A stretch of 64,000 nt of DNA from Eledone cirrhosa. Lineage: Eukaryota. The stretch spans positions 185,132,001 through 185,196,000 of the forward strand of contig OZ024743.1 of the NCBI GenBank assembly GCA_964016885.1. The letters run 5' to 3'. The notes under the pieces were generated by a model. It did not search any database. It saw only the letters and a program-made list of their open reading frames with translations, and was not told the origin of the DNA. Each line of letters opens with the position of its first letter. Within the stretch, counting starts at the first letter, position 1. Shown here piece after piece: positions 49,560 through 62,466 of this stretch. Both the position numbers and the translations under genes were made by a program.

Positions 49560-50810
49560 ATCATCATCATCACCGTTTTACGTCCGTTCTTCCACGCTAA
49601 CATGGGTTAGACGGTTTTGGGCTTGATTTCTACAGCTGGATGCCCTTCCTAACACCCACCTCATTTATAGTGAGTGCTGCTGGGTGTTTTTTTTCCGTGG
49701 CGCCTACACGTCCACTTTACAGTGTGGGCTGGGTGCTTTTTTGCCATGGCACCTCCACGACCACTTTGCAGTGGGAGGGGGGAGGGGGCATATTGTCTAT
49801 ATGCTTCAGCTTCGGCTTGTGGGAGTGGTCGGGTCTTCTGTATCACTGCGTGGCGCCAGAGGTCACGGTTGTGTGACATCGCCTTTGAGAGCTGTAATTG
49901 GGTAAGGTTGGCTTTTATCACTTCATCCCAGATCTTCTTGTGTCTCCCCACTCCGCGGCTTCCATCGACTTCTAGTGCTCTGCACCTTTTTATGCAGCTG
50001 TCATCCTTCATACGCATCACATGTCCATACCAACGCAACCTTCTCTCCTGCACACAGCATTTGATTCCTCTTATGCTCAGTCTCTCTCTCAATTTGTTTA
50101 TGCTTTGCCGTTCACGTATATTACTATTACACATCCATCAGAGCATGGAGGCTTTGTTTCTTTCTAATCTACGCAAGTCTTCTACAGACAGCGTCCAGGT
50201 CTCACTACCATGTAACATTGCTGTTCGTATACATGCATCATACAGTCTGCCTTTTATTTTGAGGGAAAAGCCTTTTGCAGCTAGCAGTGGCAGTAGTTCC
50301 CTAAACTTCTTCCATCTCATTCTTACCCTAGTTATTGTACTTATTGAACACACACCTCCGCTGCTACTTCAGTAGCAGAAGCTGTCTACTGTTTCTACAG
50401 AGCTTGGTGGTGCTTGTTTCCTGTGGCTGTTTGCTGCCCCAGCACAGCTGCTACATGTGAAGCCTACATTCTTAGTTAAGCTTCCTGAGATCCCTCTACA
50501 TCTCGTGTACCCATTGTTTGCATTTGGGGCATGATGGAGTTTCTACCTACACCTTTCCTACATACTGAGCAAGGCCATTTCCCTGAGGGGATCTGGGTTT
50601 TGTTTTCTCATCTACTCGTCTTTCTAGTCCCTGCTTCTATGTTTGGAATTTCTTCTCTAGTTCTACCATAGATTCAGCTATAAGTGCGAGGTCATCTGCA
50701 TACAGGAGTTCCCATGGGCATCCAGTCTTAAACTCCTCCATTATTGCCTGCAAAACTATGATGAACAGGAGAGGGCTAAGAACAGAGCCCTCGTGGACAC
50801 CAACCTGTAA
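49560..50810 (-). mobile_element. Divergent subfamily of the PHD-bearing RTE-type LINE, 5'-truncated
   Basis: [55 protein letters not shown] and a (GAT)n tail. Confidence 0.88.
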
Positions 50811-50886
50811 CATATATATAAGAGCGTGAAACTAATAAACCTTTGTTCGTACTGCCTCTCTGTTTTGTTCCCGTTCAATTTTTTAC

Positions 50887-50917
<31 letters not shown>

Positions 50918-51799
50918 TTTGTGAAGGCGTATGGCTGGGTGGTTAGAGAATTGGATTCACAATCATGAGGTTGTGAGTTCGATTCCTGGACTTTATTTCA
51001 CATTGCTCCTCCTACCTGGAGTTGCGACCGATAGATAGTATTAGCAATTGAAAAGACCAATGGAAACATTGTTTCCTCAGTCTGATTTGTTTAGGTGGCT
51101 TCCCGAAATATATCAGATGACCACAGAAGGTACTCACTATGTTAGTAAAATATAGGCAGGATTTCTTATGAATGAAACAGTTCTAGTCCTGGTAGAAGTC
51201 ACTTCTATAATAATAATTATATATATATATATATATATATGGGACAGGTATGGCTGTGTGGATAAGAAGATTGCTTCAAAGCAGCATGCCACTACGTGGC
51301 ACCTAGGACTTCTATTATAGCCTCTGATGAACCAATACCTCGTGAGTGAATTGGGTAGACAGAAGCTTGTTGTATATTTATATATCTTTTGCATCATAAT
51401 GTTCAACACAATCCATTTCAACAGTTAGCTTATAGGAAAAGTCTAAGCGTCTAAGAGCTGAGTTAATAATAATGATAATAATGAAATTATTGTGTAGTGC
51501 TCAGGTGCACTACAAATTATCAAAGGTACATGCATAGTACATAGAATAATTGTTTCTACTTTTGGCACAAGGCCAGCAATTATCCCAGTGTATTACTGGT
51601 ACTTTATTTTATCAACCCTGTAAGGATGAAAGGTAAAGTTAACCTCGGCGGGATTTGAACTCAGATCATAAAGGGAGGTAAATCTATGCTTCAATGTATG
51701 ACGTCCGACCCTCTACCGATACTGCCAATCCATCACCCAGCATAGTACATAGAATAATGTACAAATGTCAGGAAAGTGAACAGTGTATGAATCGTGATA

Positions 51800-52020
51800 T
51801 ACATGTGTGCATGCGTATGGAGGGGAGATATCAGGTGTAGTGTTGGCGAATTTCGAATTTCAGGAAGCAAGGAGGTTTTCAAGGATGCAGTGTCTCGGCA
51901 AGTAGTTTGTTCCATATTTCAGCAACTCTGAACGTCAAAAAATGTTTCCGAAAGTCATGGGAGCTGTGCTGTTTTCTGACTTTGTAGGAGTCAACAGGAT
52001 AACTTTGCATTCTAGTATGT
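51800..52020 (-). mobile_element. CR1-like 3' fragment just inside DERA intron 2
   Basis: YKVRKQHSSHDFRKHFLTFRVAEIWNKL resembles the CR1 ORF2 C-terminus. Confidence 0.65.
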
Positions 52021-52054
52021 ACAAAAGACATTACAAAAAACTGTTTTACTTTAC

Positions 52055-52152
52055 CTGCCATTGCTTCTTCACAGTACGGCGTGTACCAAGTGTATTAGCA
52101 CGTCTTTGGATAGCTGGAAGATTCATATAGACATTTTGTAGCCAGCTTTCAT
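52055..52152 (-). CDS. DERA: DERA coding exon 2
   Basis: TTTTTCAG acceptor; DESWLQNVYMNLPAIQRRANTLGTRRTVKKQWQ; GTAAAG donor. The RRTVKKxWQ motif is typical of animal DERA. Confidence 0.93.
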
Positions 52153-52224
52153 CTGAAAAACATTTTGTAAGGTAAATGTTAGGGATGGGTTCATAAATGA
52201 TGACCTATTAAGATCAAATATTAT

Positions 52225-55105
52225 CATCATCATCATCATTTTACGTCCGCTCTTCCCTGCTTGCAAGGGTGGGACGGGTCTTATTCAGCACAGCATCTCT
52301 CCACTTGTCATGGTCCTTCATCATCTCCACCGTGAGCTTCAGCAATCTGAGGTCTGTTCTCACCAGCTGCGCCCATCTTTTTCGTGGTCTACCTCTACCA
52401 CGTCTTCCTTCAACTGCCATTTCCTAGCACTTCTTTACCCATCAGTCATCCTCCATGCGCATCACATGTCCATACCACCTCAGTCTCCTCTCCCGTACAC
52501 TACATTCTATCCCTTTCAGATACAGTTTCTCTCTCAACACATTCATGCTGGGTTGTTCACGCACATTGACACTGCACATCCAACGGAGCATGCTTGCCTC
52601 ATTTCTCTCCAGCCGTCGCATATCCTCTGCAGTTGCTGCCCATGTTTCACTACCATGCAACATCGCGCTCCTCACACCGGCATCATATAACCGGCCTTTC
52701 GTATGCAGGGAGAAACCCTTCTTCGTCAGCAGAGGAAGCAGCTCCCTAAACTTCTTCCATCCCATCCTTATTCTAGACACTATGGCCTCGGAACACCACC
52801 CTCCCATGCTAATCTGATCTCCTAGGTACCGGAAGCTATCCACCACTTCTATAGCACCCGCCTGCATTTGAAAAATGTGTCTATCAATGCGACTTCTACT
52901 GTCTAATTTCCCTGTACATCTACTGCATACATATTTCTCCCTACTTGTTAGTTTGCCTGCTATCCCGCTACATCTCTTGTGTACCCAGGATCTGCATTGT
53001 GTGCATTTTATAGAATTTATGCCAGTTCCTTTTCTGCATATCGAACATGGCCATTTCCCTGACGGAATCATAGTTTTGTCCTCTTTTCTACTCATCAACA
53101 CTTTTGTCTTAGCTAGGTTCTGGAATTCCTCACTAAACTCCATTCCTACCCTGACTTTACTGACAGTACCTCTGTACAAAGTTTGCACTGTCCTCACAAG
53201 CCATTCCTCAACACCTAGTTTCCTTAGGGACCACCAGATGACAGATTGGGGTTCCCTATCAAAGGTCTTCTCTAGGTCAACAAAGGCTAAGTATAGTGGC
53301 TTATTTTTCTCTAAGAACCTCTCTTGCAATTGTCTCACCAAGAAGAGGGCATCTGTTGTACTCTTCCCAGGCACAAAACCAAACTGCATCTCATCTAGTT
53401 TAACCCTTTCTCTAATTAGTTGTGCTAATATCCTTTCTGCCACTTTCATAACCTGATCCATCAGTTTTATACCCCTATAATTGCTCCTCTCCAGAGCATC
53501 TCCTTTACCTTTGTAGCAATTTATGAGAATACTGCTGCACCAGTCTTTGGGTATGACACCACCATATATAGCCTGATTGATGATGCATGCAACCAGCTTA
53601 GTGCCTACGTCCCCTGATGCCTTCAGCATCTCAGCAACTATTCCCGATGATCCAGCAGCCTTACCATTCTTCATTTCCCTAATCGCCTCTTGGACCCTAT
53701 ATTCGTCAATCTCAATAGCTGGTCCCTCTGTCAGATCTACTGAGGGTAATTTCTCTCTCTTCCATTCATTCTCCACATTCATCAGTCTCTCATAATGACA
53801 TTTCCAGGCCTCCTTTTTCTCATCATTCGTGACACTAAGTACACCGGCATCGTTACGGACACATTTATCTCCATCAACATCCTGATTTGCATTGATACAC
53901 TGCCTTGCAATGTGGAACACCGCACGCCTCTGATCTTCCCGTCGCAGAACATTGGCAAACCTCTTACTCTCAGCCTCCCTGCGTGCTAAGTACACCTGAC
54001 GTCTAGCTTCTCTCTTAGTGGCTGTATATTCTTCCCTACTCACACCCTTTTTCCAAGCCTTCCATGCTAGTCTTTTGTCTCTAATTGCCTTAACTACTGT
54101 GCTGTTCCACCACCAGGTCACTCTCTGTCTGGTTGGAGCTCTGCTCCAGCCACGAGTTTCTTCAGTAGCCTGCAGTAAGTTGTCACGTAAGAAATTCCAG
54201 TTATTATCTATGTCATACGTCTCTAAATCGTCTTCTTTTTCATCATACACATCTTGAAGGGCTTTCCTAAATTTGTATTTTAGTGAAAGGTCTTTTAGCT
54301 TCCAGACCTTTCTTCTCCACACCTTCCTGTATATCTCATTCCATCTCTTGCTTACTGAGATATCACTAACGACTAACCTATGCTGTGGGGTACATTCTTC
54401 CCCAGGGTATGCCTTGGTATTAGACACTATCTGCCTGTCCCACTGCCTAACTAGTAAGAAGTCAATCTGGCTTATATGCTCGCCAGATTTGTAGGTTATT
54501 AGGTGGTTGGCAGGTTTCTGGAAGTTTGTGTTGCAAATAGTCAGTGTACTTGCATCACAAAATTCAAGAAGTCTCACTCCTTCTTCATTTCTTGAGCCGT
54601 AACAGTGCCCACCATGTACCCCAGTGTAACCATCCTGGAGCTGTCCAACATGACCATTGAAGTCCCCTGCTAGCATAACTTTGTCTCCGTCCTCTGTCAT
54701 AGCGGTTGTTTGTAAAAGTTGCTCGTAAAAGCAGTCTTTCTCATCTTTGCCTAGGCCTGCTTGGGGAGCATAAGCAGAGATGATTGTCAGTAGTCTCTTG
54801 CCTACAACTAATCTAAGCTTAATTATTCGATTACTAACTCGAACTACCTCTATTGTCTTATTGATCCATCTCTCAGCCAGGAAAATGCCTACTCCCCCTA
54901 ACCCATCATCCTTACCTATCCAGAAAAGCTTATAGCTAAGATGTTTGCCTACGACTAGTCTCGCAGAGGCACCTCTCCATCTCACCTCTTGCACGCAGCA
55001 CACATCCACATGCCTTCTCTCCAGCATCTCCGCTATTTCAGCAGATCTAACTCTGAGAGTGCCAACATTAAGTGTTGCAACTCTGAGATGCGACGTCTTC
55101 ATATT
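52225..55105 (-). mobile_element. RTE-type LINE of a third subfamily, with an 886-aa ORF lacking the RT catalytic core
   Basis: APE, N-terminal RT, PHD and thumb are in one frame. EEFQ is joined to NLAKTK, so QGSVLSP and YADD are missing. (GAT)n tail. Confidence 0.92.
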
Positions 55106-57110
55106 TTGTTGTTGTTCCTATTAGTTGCTGTGCTGATAAGCGTTTTGACATTGATACACTAGTTGGATGCGCTTCCTAACACTATCAATACATAGTAATA
55201 AATCACACTGTTCACAAAATATATATAGCCATGATCAAAGGTTGATCCAGAAAGGAAAAAGGGTTTAAGATATAGAGTTGAGCTAGAAAGGTCAGAGGTT
55301 ATTAAAGAAACAAAATAAAAATACCAAGTATACAGTTAATCACACGTGTACATTTACTAGTGTAGGTTTATCTGTATGTATATAAGCATGTGCCTATATT
55401 CTACATGTGTATATATCTGCATGTGTGAGCGTAGGTACTCTCAATGATACCACTTGAGGTTGATAACATTTACTGATTAGTATTTGTGAGAGTGAGAAAG
55501 AGAGAATTTGTGAATATATATAAAAAGGGAGACATAGGTACACATATAACCTAATTTTTCCATAGAATAATATCACTTCCAATGAATAATATTGGTTTCT
55601 GATTTAGCCATAAGGCCAACATTTTGGGGAGAGGGGGGAGTTGATTAAATTGTCCCCAATATGTTACTGATAATTTATTTTATCAATCCTGAAAAGATGA
55701 AAGGTAAAACTAACTTCAGTGGGAATAAAAAATAAGATTGATCATCTTTACACTGGCTTGTGACAATGTAGGTGGTGCCTTGGCACCTCAATTGATTATC
55801 TTCACATTTCCAGAATCTCATCACTCAGTATGATGGGTGTTCTGAGTATGAAGGGAACCCTTTCAGAAGATGAAACGCCAATGGATTCTATATTTCTCTT
55901 GGCTGCATTGATTTTCATACCAACATACAAGACATACACACAATGTTCAATGGCTGATTATATTCCCCAGAGCATGCTCCATGATTCAGTGGATGGTGCC
56001 TTATATTACAGCAAATGTTTGGTTCCTATTGTCTTTTCAGTCATTCCAAGACTTACGGGATAGATATATCTTAATGAAATTGATACATTAGAGCTCAGCT
56101 TGATTTAATAAACACCATCAGAGAGATGTGGTCATAGAAAGAAAGTATTGGATAAGCTATTTAGTCTGGGTTTCCCAGAGGGTAGTGCTCATAGTAAGTA
56201 GTTGATAGAAATATTGCTCCAAATACTTGTTTTAGTACAGTACTACTTAATAATAGCTAAAACAAAAAGCAAATGAAAAATAGGGCTTGTAGTAATAAAA
56301 AATGTATATATTAGGCTAGCAACCGATAAAACAAAAATAAACGTGTAACTGCCAGAAAATGCCAAAATACAGTAGTAAATCGCGTCTACTTAAAACGAAA
56401 GATTGCCCACTCCCAATTAAACGTCGACAATAATTTATTGTCTAAGATGAATCAATCGAATTCAAAGCCACTCCAGTCACAATCAATTTTTTTTTACATA
56501 ATTCTAAGATTATAAAATTTATTCTCTCTCACGCTGCCAACAGCAAACAGTCACTTGATCTTTCCCCTGGACTCGTCAATCACAAGATATGTATCACTCG
56601 CACCGCCTCTACTTTCTTTCAGATATTCAAACACGTTATATAATAATTATGAAAGAATGTATGGAAGTCCATTCACCAGTGTAGTGTGTTTAAAAATTAA
56701 GAAGTAGAGTTCATAAAAGTTCAATGCCTGAAATAACAAGGATCAAAAGTGTTGTTTTTTTCTTTCCTTTAAGGGGCGTAGAAGTACATAATTGGATTAC
56801 TAAGAGAAACTTGGCAATTACGAATAATACACAAACAAGTATATCTGATCGGTTTCCTGTGCTATTATTATATTAATACAAGAAATATTCTAAATACATT
56901 TATATTTTTTATTAATAGACTGTTTTTAAAAAAGTTTCGAACTTTTAAATCATAATAGCTTGGTGTTTCATAGAGTATGAGATTCAAAATTTGGAATTGA
57001 ATATAAATCGTTAATTTAGAATAAAACTAAAATAAGATTTTTAATCAATGGAATTTTTAAAACAATATTTATTTGTGGATGCACTATATTCAATATAACA
57101 ATTAACTTAC

Positions 57111-57141
57111 CAAAAGTAATACCCAAGTTCCAGGATGCCAT
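57111..57141 (-). CDS. DERA: DERA coding exon 1
   Basis: ATG GCA TCC TGG AAC TTG GGT ATT ACT TTT G|GTAAGT (MASWNLGITF). The phase matches exon 2. Confidence 0.8.
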
Positions 57142-58078
57142 CGTGATGTCTAAATTAATAAGTTATCTAGTAGAATGAGATTTACTTCCCCTGAATCAGT
57201 GTTCAAACATTGATATAATTAGTACTTTTGCACACATTTGACGGAGGAAACATAAAAAGAGAGAGAGGGGAATGTAGAAGGGAGAGGGATGATACAGGCG
57301 AGAGACGAACGAAGGAGGTCATTTACTTGAGTGTTTATAGGAGTGGAAAGCAGAAGCTACTGAAGAGAAAGCCACTTACTGTATATTATTGTTGCCGCCT
57401 GAGCAGATATAGACAGCTTCCTGTTCGTGTTGGTCGCTATCAAGACCTCTATTTTCCTCGGTCCCATAACTGCCGTTTTCCATCGCGAAATCGGGAGGAG
57501 TTAATCACGTCTGAGGAATGAGGCTCTGTGAGGTAGAATGGCTGATGCAACGGGTGTCGCTCGCCATTTTACCCTCGTAGTGCAGCTAAGTTATACTGCG
57601 AAACCAGAGGGTTAGAGTATACTCTTCTCTTCCCCATCCTTCTTTTATTTATTTCTGTTTATTATATGAAATATTTATATAACTATAATTTCTCGTAATT
57701 TTTGTTCTTCACCATAAAAACAAGAGTGATATAAACGCACGCACATATATACCGAGAACTACAGATGGTGGCACTACAACGCTATTAGCTGTCAGTCGAA
57801 GCAGCCGATGAAAGCAAAACATCGTTTATTTCCGTATTACTTTTTTTACCATGCGTTTTTTATTTTTTTATTTATTAAAGCATATAGATGTAAGTGGAGT
57901 TACTTAAATGAAAATATAGGTGGCCCTTAAAAGGGCCAAATTAGAATATACCGCTGCGTTTTTACAGTTTTACTAGTTACACATACACACAAAATATGTC
58001 CCTTCCAAAATATATACACACTTTGATTACTTTGCTGTTGAAGTGTGTATCCATTTTTTGGGACACTGTTTGTATATA

Positions 58079-58136
<58 letters not shown>

Positions 58137-58607
58137 GGGAAGGGAGAAATTTTTGGATGCTATACCTGACATAATAAAAAAACAAAATACACCCCTAACA
58201 TTTGTCGGAATATCAATCACGAGAGTAGATAAATAAATATATAAATACATAAATAAGAAATGATAGAAAAGGAAAAGAAAATCCCTACATTATGTAATAT
58301 TCCCAGTCACCCCTAAATTTTCCCTAAATTTCAAAACCGGGAGGGAAAAGTCCGAGGGTTAAAATCCCAAATGATGGTACCTCAAATACTAGTGTATCCC
58401 TTCGCATTACAGTTTAAAGCAATACATATGATCGCTTTGATGACTCTTATTCGTTTCTAAGGGTCTCGTTTTTTTCTCTTCTTTCTATCATATATATATA
58501 TATAAGTATTGAAATTTCCGTTGAAAACAGAAAAAGTCATAGAAGTGAAGAGTGCTCTATGTAAGTACCAGAGCAAAATTTAATGTATAAAAATCAATAC
58601 AATATAA

Positions 58608-58683
58608 TTACCTCATTACCAGAGGTTTCCCGAATGAGGCGAATACGAAAGAAACCTCTTCATTCGTTCGTCAGACGAGGCAA
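58608..58683 (-). ncRNA. Type I hammerhead ribozyme (left arm)
   Basis: Reverse complement of 60008-60083. Confidence 0.65.
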
Positions 58684-59558
58684 TATAAAACTAAATACTT
58701 GGAAAGTCTCTTCAAGAAAAGCAAAAAAAATTATATAAATATAGATAAAGGAATTATAATAGACATATGAAATATATAAAAATCTTTCAAGAAATATAGT
58801 TAGGTGTGTGTATATGTATGTATATACGCTCACAGATGTACATATGTGTGTATGTACAAATGTGTGCGTATAGTGAAAAAAGTGTGCGTAAATATATGTG
58901 TTAGGGCAAGTGTATCTGTGTATCTATAACTACAGACAGATATGATATGATTGTCCGGTTGGCAGGTACACAGAAAAACAGGGTATTAGATACATTATAA
59001 GAATATGAAGGCACGCGTATAAACACACACACACGCGTACACTTATATGCGGAAGAAAAAGAGGTAAGGGAGTGTAATAGTAAAAAGAAAGTATCATTCT
59101 CGATATATTTATAAAAATGGAACAATAATTTAGAAAGAAAAAATTAAAGAAAAGAAGACAAACAAGGTAGACGCGTACATACACACCTATATCTACGAGA
59201 AACGTATGTCTATAAGAAATATATATATATACACGCAAAAACGTGCAGACAAAAGCGTATGCAAGTATACATACACACACAGGATGCACATATATACATA
59301 TATACGCCTCGCCCCATGTATATCTAATCACGCGCACGCACGCGACTGTATACACACTCACACACACACACACACAAATATACATGCCTATATACATACG
59401 CACACTTTCACATCCATACATTCAGTACGTACACACACACACACACATACATACACTCACGCATATTGACCCGTATACATGCACACACATAAAAATGAGA
59501 ATGTAAAAATAGAAAAAAACCTAGATGTAAAAACACAGATATAAAAACACACATACAT

Positions 59559-59668
<110 letters not shown>

Positions 59669-60007
59669 TTATACGCGTGCCTTCATATTCTTATAATGTA
59701 TCTAATACTCTGTTTTTCTGTGTACCTGCCAACCGGACAATCATATCATGTCTGTCTGTAGTTACAGATACACAGATACACTTGCCCTAACACATATATT
59801 TACGCACACTTGTTTCACTATACGCACACATTTGTACATACACATATATGTACATCTGTGAGCGTATATACATACATATACACACGCCTAACTATATTTC
59901 TTGAAAGATTTTTATATATTTCATATGTCTATTATAATTCCTTTATCTATATTTATATAATTTTTTTTGCTTTTCTTGAAGAGACTTTCCAAGTATTTAG
60001 TTTTATA

Positions 60008-60083
60008 TTGCCTCGTCTGACGAACGAATGAAGAGGTTTCTTTCGTATTCGCCTCATTCGGGAAACCTCTGGTAATGAGGTAA
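60008..60083 (+). ncRNA. Type I hammerhead ribozyme (right arm)
   Basis: Stem I TTGCCTCGT/ATGAGGTAA, CTGACGA, stem II CGAATGA/TCATTCG closed by A.G, GAAA, stem III ACC-TCT-GGT. Predicted cut after GTA at 60074. Confidence 0.65.
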
Positions 60084-60209
60084 ATATATTGTATTGATTT
60101 TTATACATTATATATATATATATGTCAAAATCTTTCCCTCTGTCTATCTCTTTCCCTCTCTGTCTATCTTTGCCATAAAAACGATAATGATAAACAATTC
60201 AATTAAGAA

Positions 60210-60295
<86 letters not shown>

Positions 60296-60609
60296 TAAAA
60301 GAGAAAACACAGGTAAGCATTAAGAGAAGGATTTTATCCAGGTATTTACGACCGTTTCATTGGAAAGTGCAACCTTATATTGCTATACTGCAAATAGCAG
60401 CCACTCAATTATAATTGTTGTTCTCAGTCCAAATTTTCAAAATAGTAAGTTACTCTTGAAATAATTCTTAATATATAGAGAAAAACATTTATTTGGAATT
60501 GTATTTACTAGTATATAGAGAGAGGAATCAGAAGGTGAGGGGGACAGACGGAATAGTATAGAGAGAGAGGGGAAGGGGGAAGAGGTAGGAAGTAGAGTGT
60601 CAAACTGAG

Positions 60610-62227
60610 ATGGAGGGAGGATTCGTACAATTTATACAATTTGACATTAACGATTATTACTCATCTATATCCCCCAACACCTTGGATAAAGCCTTAGCAT
60701 TCGCCAAAGCCAATTCTGACATAACAGACGACGAGATAAAAATCATATTAGCTGCTAGGAAAACAATAATTAAATTTGAAAACGCCTATTGGGAACGTAA
60801 GGATAGATTAAATAACTTTGACATCACGATGGGGGCTAACGACTCGGCTCAAGTCACAGATTTAGTAGGTATTTACATAGGCCATAGTTTACAAAGTGAG
60901 TTTAACGAACTTCACGGTGGAATCTACAGAGACGACGCCCTTCTCCTAGTTAAGAACCTAAATAACCAGAGCATAGAAAGACTCCGTAAGAATATTAGAA
61001 AGACTCTCGGAAAACTAGGCCTTAGCATAACGTATGAGTATAGCACTAAAACAGTTAACTTTCTAGACGTGACGCTTAACCTAAATACGGGACTTATAAG
61101 ACCTTTTCACAAGATTAATGAAAACTTAGCATACATCAACTGTAACTCAAACCACCCACTATCCATAATTAAATCCATTCCACGCACCATATCCCTTAGG
61201 ATCTCCCGCCTCTCGTCTAACCGACAAATCTTCGAAGAACATGCAGAATACTACAATACCGCATTAGACAAGGCAGGCCACTTAGATAGAATAGAATATA
61301 TAGATGAAAGCCTCCGTGGAGCGCACAGGAACACGCATAACACAAACTCCGGTAACACGCACACACACGCATAGAACTGCAAAGTATACGGCACATAGAA
61401 ATACAACATCGAAATCAAACAAGTCACGCAGTAGAAAATATATTTGGTATAACCCCATATTTAACACCTCTATTAGTACTAACCTACCCTCTACCGTCTT
61501 TAGAATAATAAATAAGCACTTTCCAGATTCACATAGATACAGCAAAATCCTTAACACTAAATCTATTAGACTATCTTACTCCACGGCACCAAATATAGAG
61601 GCATACATTAAGATGCTTAACGCTAAAAAGATACATAACACCACCAAAACACAAATTTACAACAATAACAATACAATCACCACCGAACACAACAGAATAT
61701 CTAATACACAACCACCCGCTAGTAGGCAAACAAAACGTAACACACTTGTACAGGCATCGCAGCCCACAAATAATGCCAAAGTTGCCCATGACAAGAACTG
61801 TAACTGCCACCTACCTGAAACCTGTCCATTACATAATGAATGTATGCAGTCTAACCTGGTTTACCAATGCACAGTGGAATCAGACAACCAGAAATGGTAT
61901 TACATCGAAGCGACTGGGAATACATTTAAAGCCCGTTGGTATACACACCGTTACGCAATGAAACATTCCCAGCACCGTTATGTAACTACCCTTGCAAACA
62001 AGACCTGGCAACTGAGGGAAAGTAACCATCAATACACCCTGAAGTGGAAAAAATTATCGAACGTGCCCCCATATCGGAGTGGTATGAGAAGCTGCCGATT
62101 ATGCGACCTTGAGCTGTTCCACATCTTAAGTTCGAAGAATAAGTTACTCAACAATAAAATCGAGAGATCAATTTATTGTAACCATAGACTCAAAGAGAAG
62201 TTTTCGCACTACAAATCGAACCCTTAA
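60610..62227 (+). mobile_element. Penelope-like element: 5'-truncated RT plus GIY-YIG endonuclease, frameshift near 61310-61370
   Basis: FDINDYYSSI, ITMGA, YRDD, VNFLDVTLNL, SNHP, IWYNP, CNC..CPL..C, LVYQC...YYIEA (YIG mutated), FKARWYTH, CRLC and CNH. Confidence 0.9.
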
Positions 62228-62466
62228 CCTCTTACTACCAACTGACAAACTGCATATACTTAGACTTTATACCCCCTTGATGTATCTAAACCCTTTAATT
62301 ACCCACAAAACCAATTCATATATCCCCCTCTTCTCACTAATTCCTCTTCTATTTCTTCGTTTTCTTCCTTCCTTCCCTCCCCTTCTTGGCTATCTTTTCT
62401 TTTCTTCTTTCTCACCCCCTTCTTTGCTTTTATTTTTATCATTATTATCTTTATCTTTATTTTTTA

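Larger units (their letters stand above)
26914..57141 (-). other. DERA: DERA gene span: 8 coding exons, 960-nt CDS, 319 aa
   Basis: Exons of 31+98+148+99+135+129+113+207 nt splice in frame. Motifs IDLTTL, AVCVYP, GFP, EIDIV, DFIKTSTGK, GFKAAGGI and FRLGAS match animal deoxyribose-phosphate aldolase. Confidence 0.95.

Noticed and set aside
51326-51365. CTGATGA motif as a hammerhead
   Set aside because: No GAAA or stem arrangement; lies in a decayed SINE.
60330-60450. Minus-strand GAAACGGTC hammerhead half
   Set aside because: The matching CTGANGA box and stem I are too degenerate to call.
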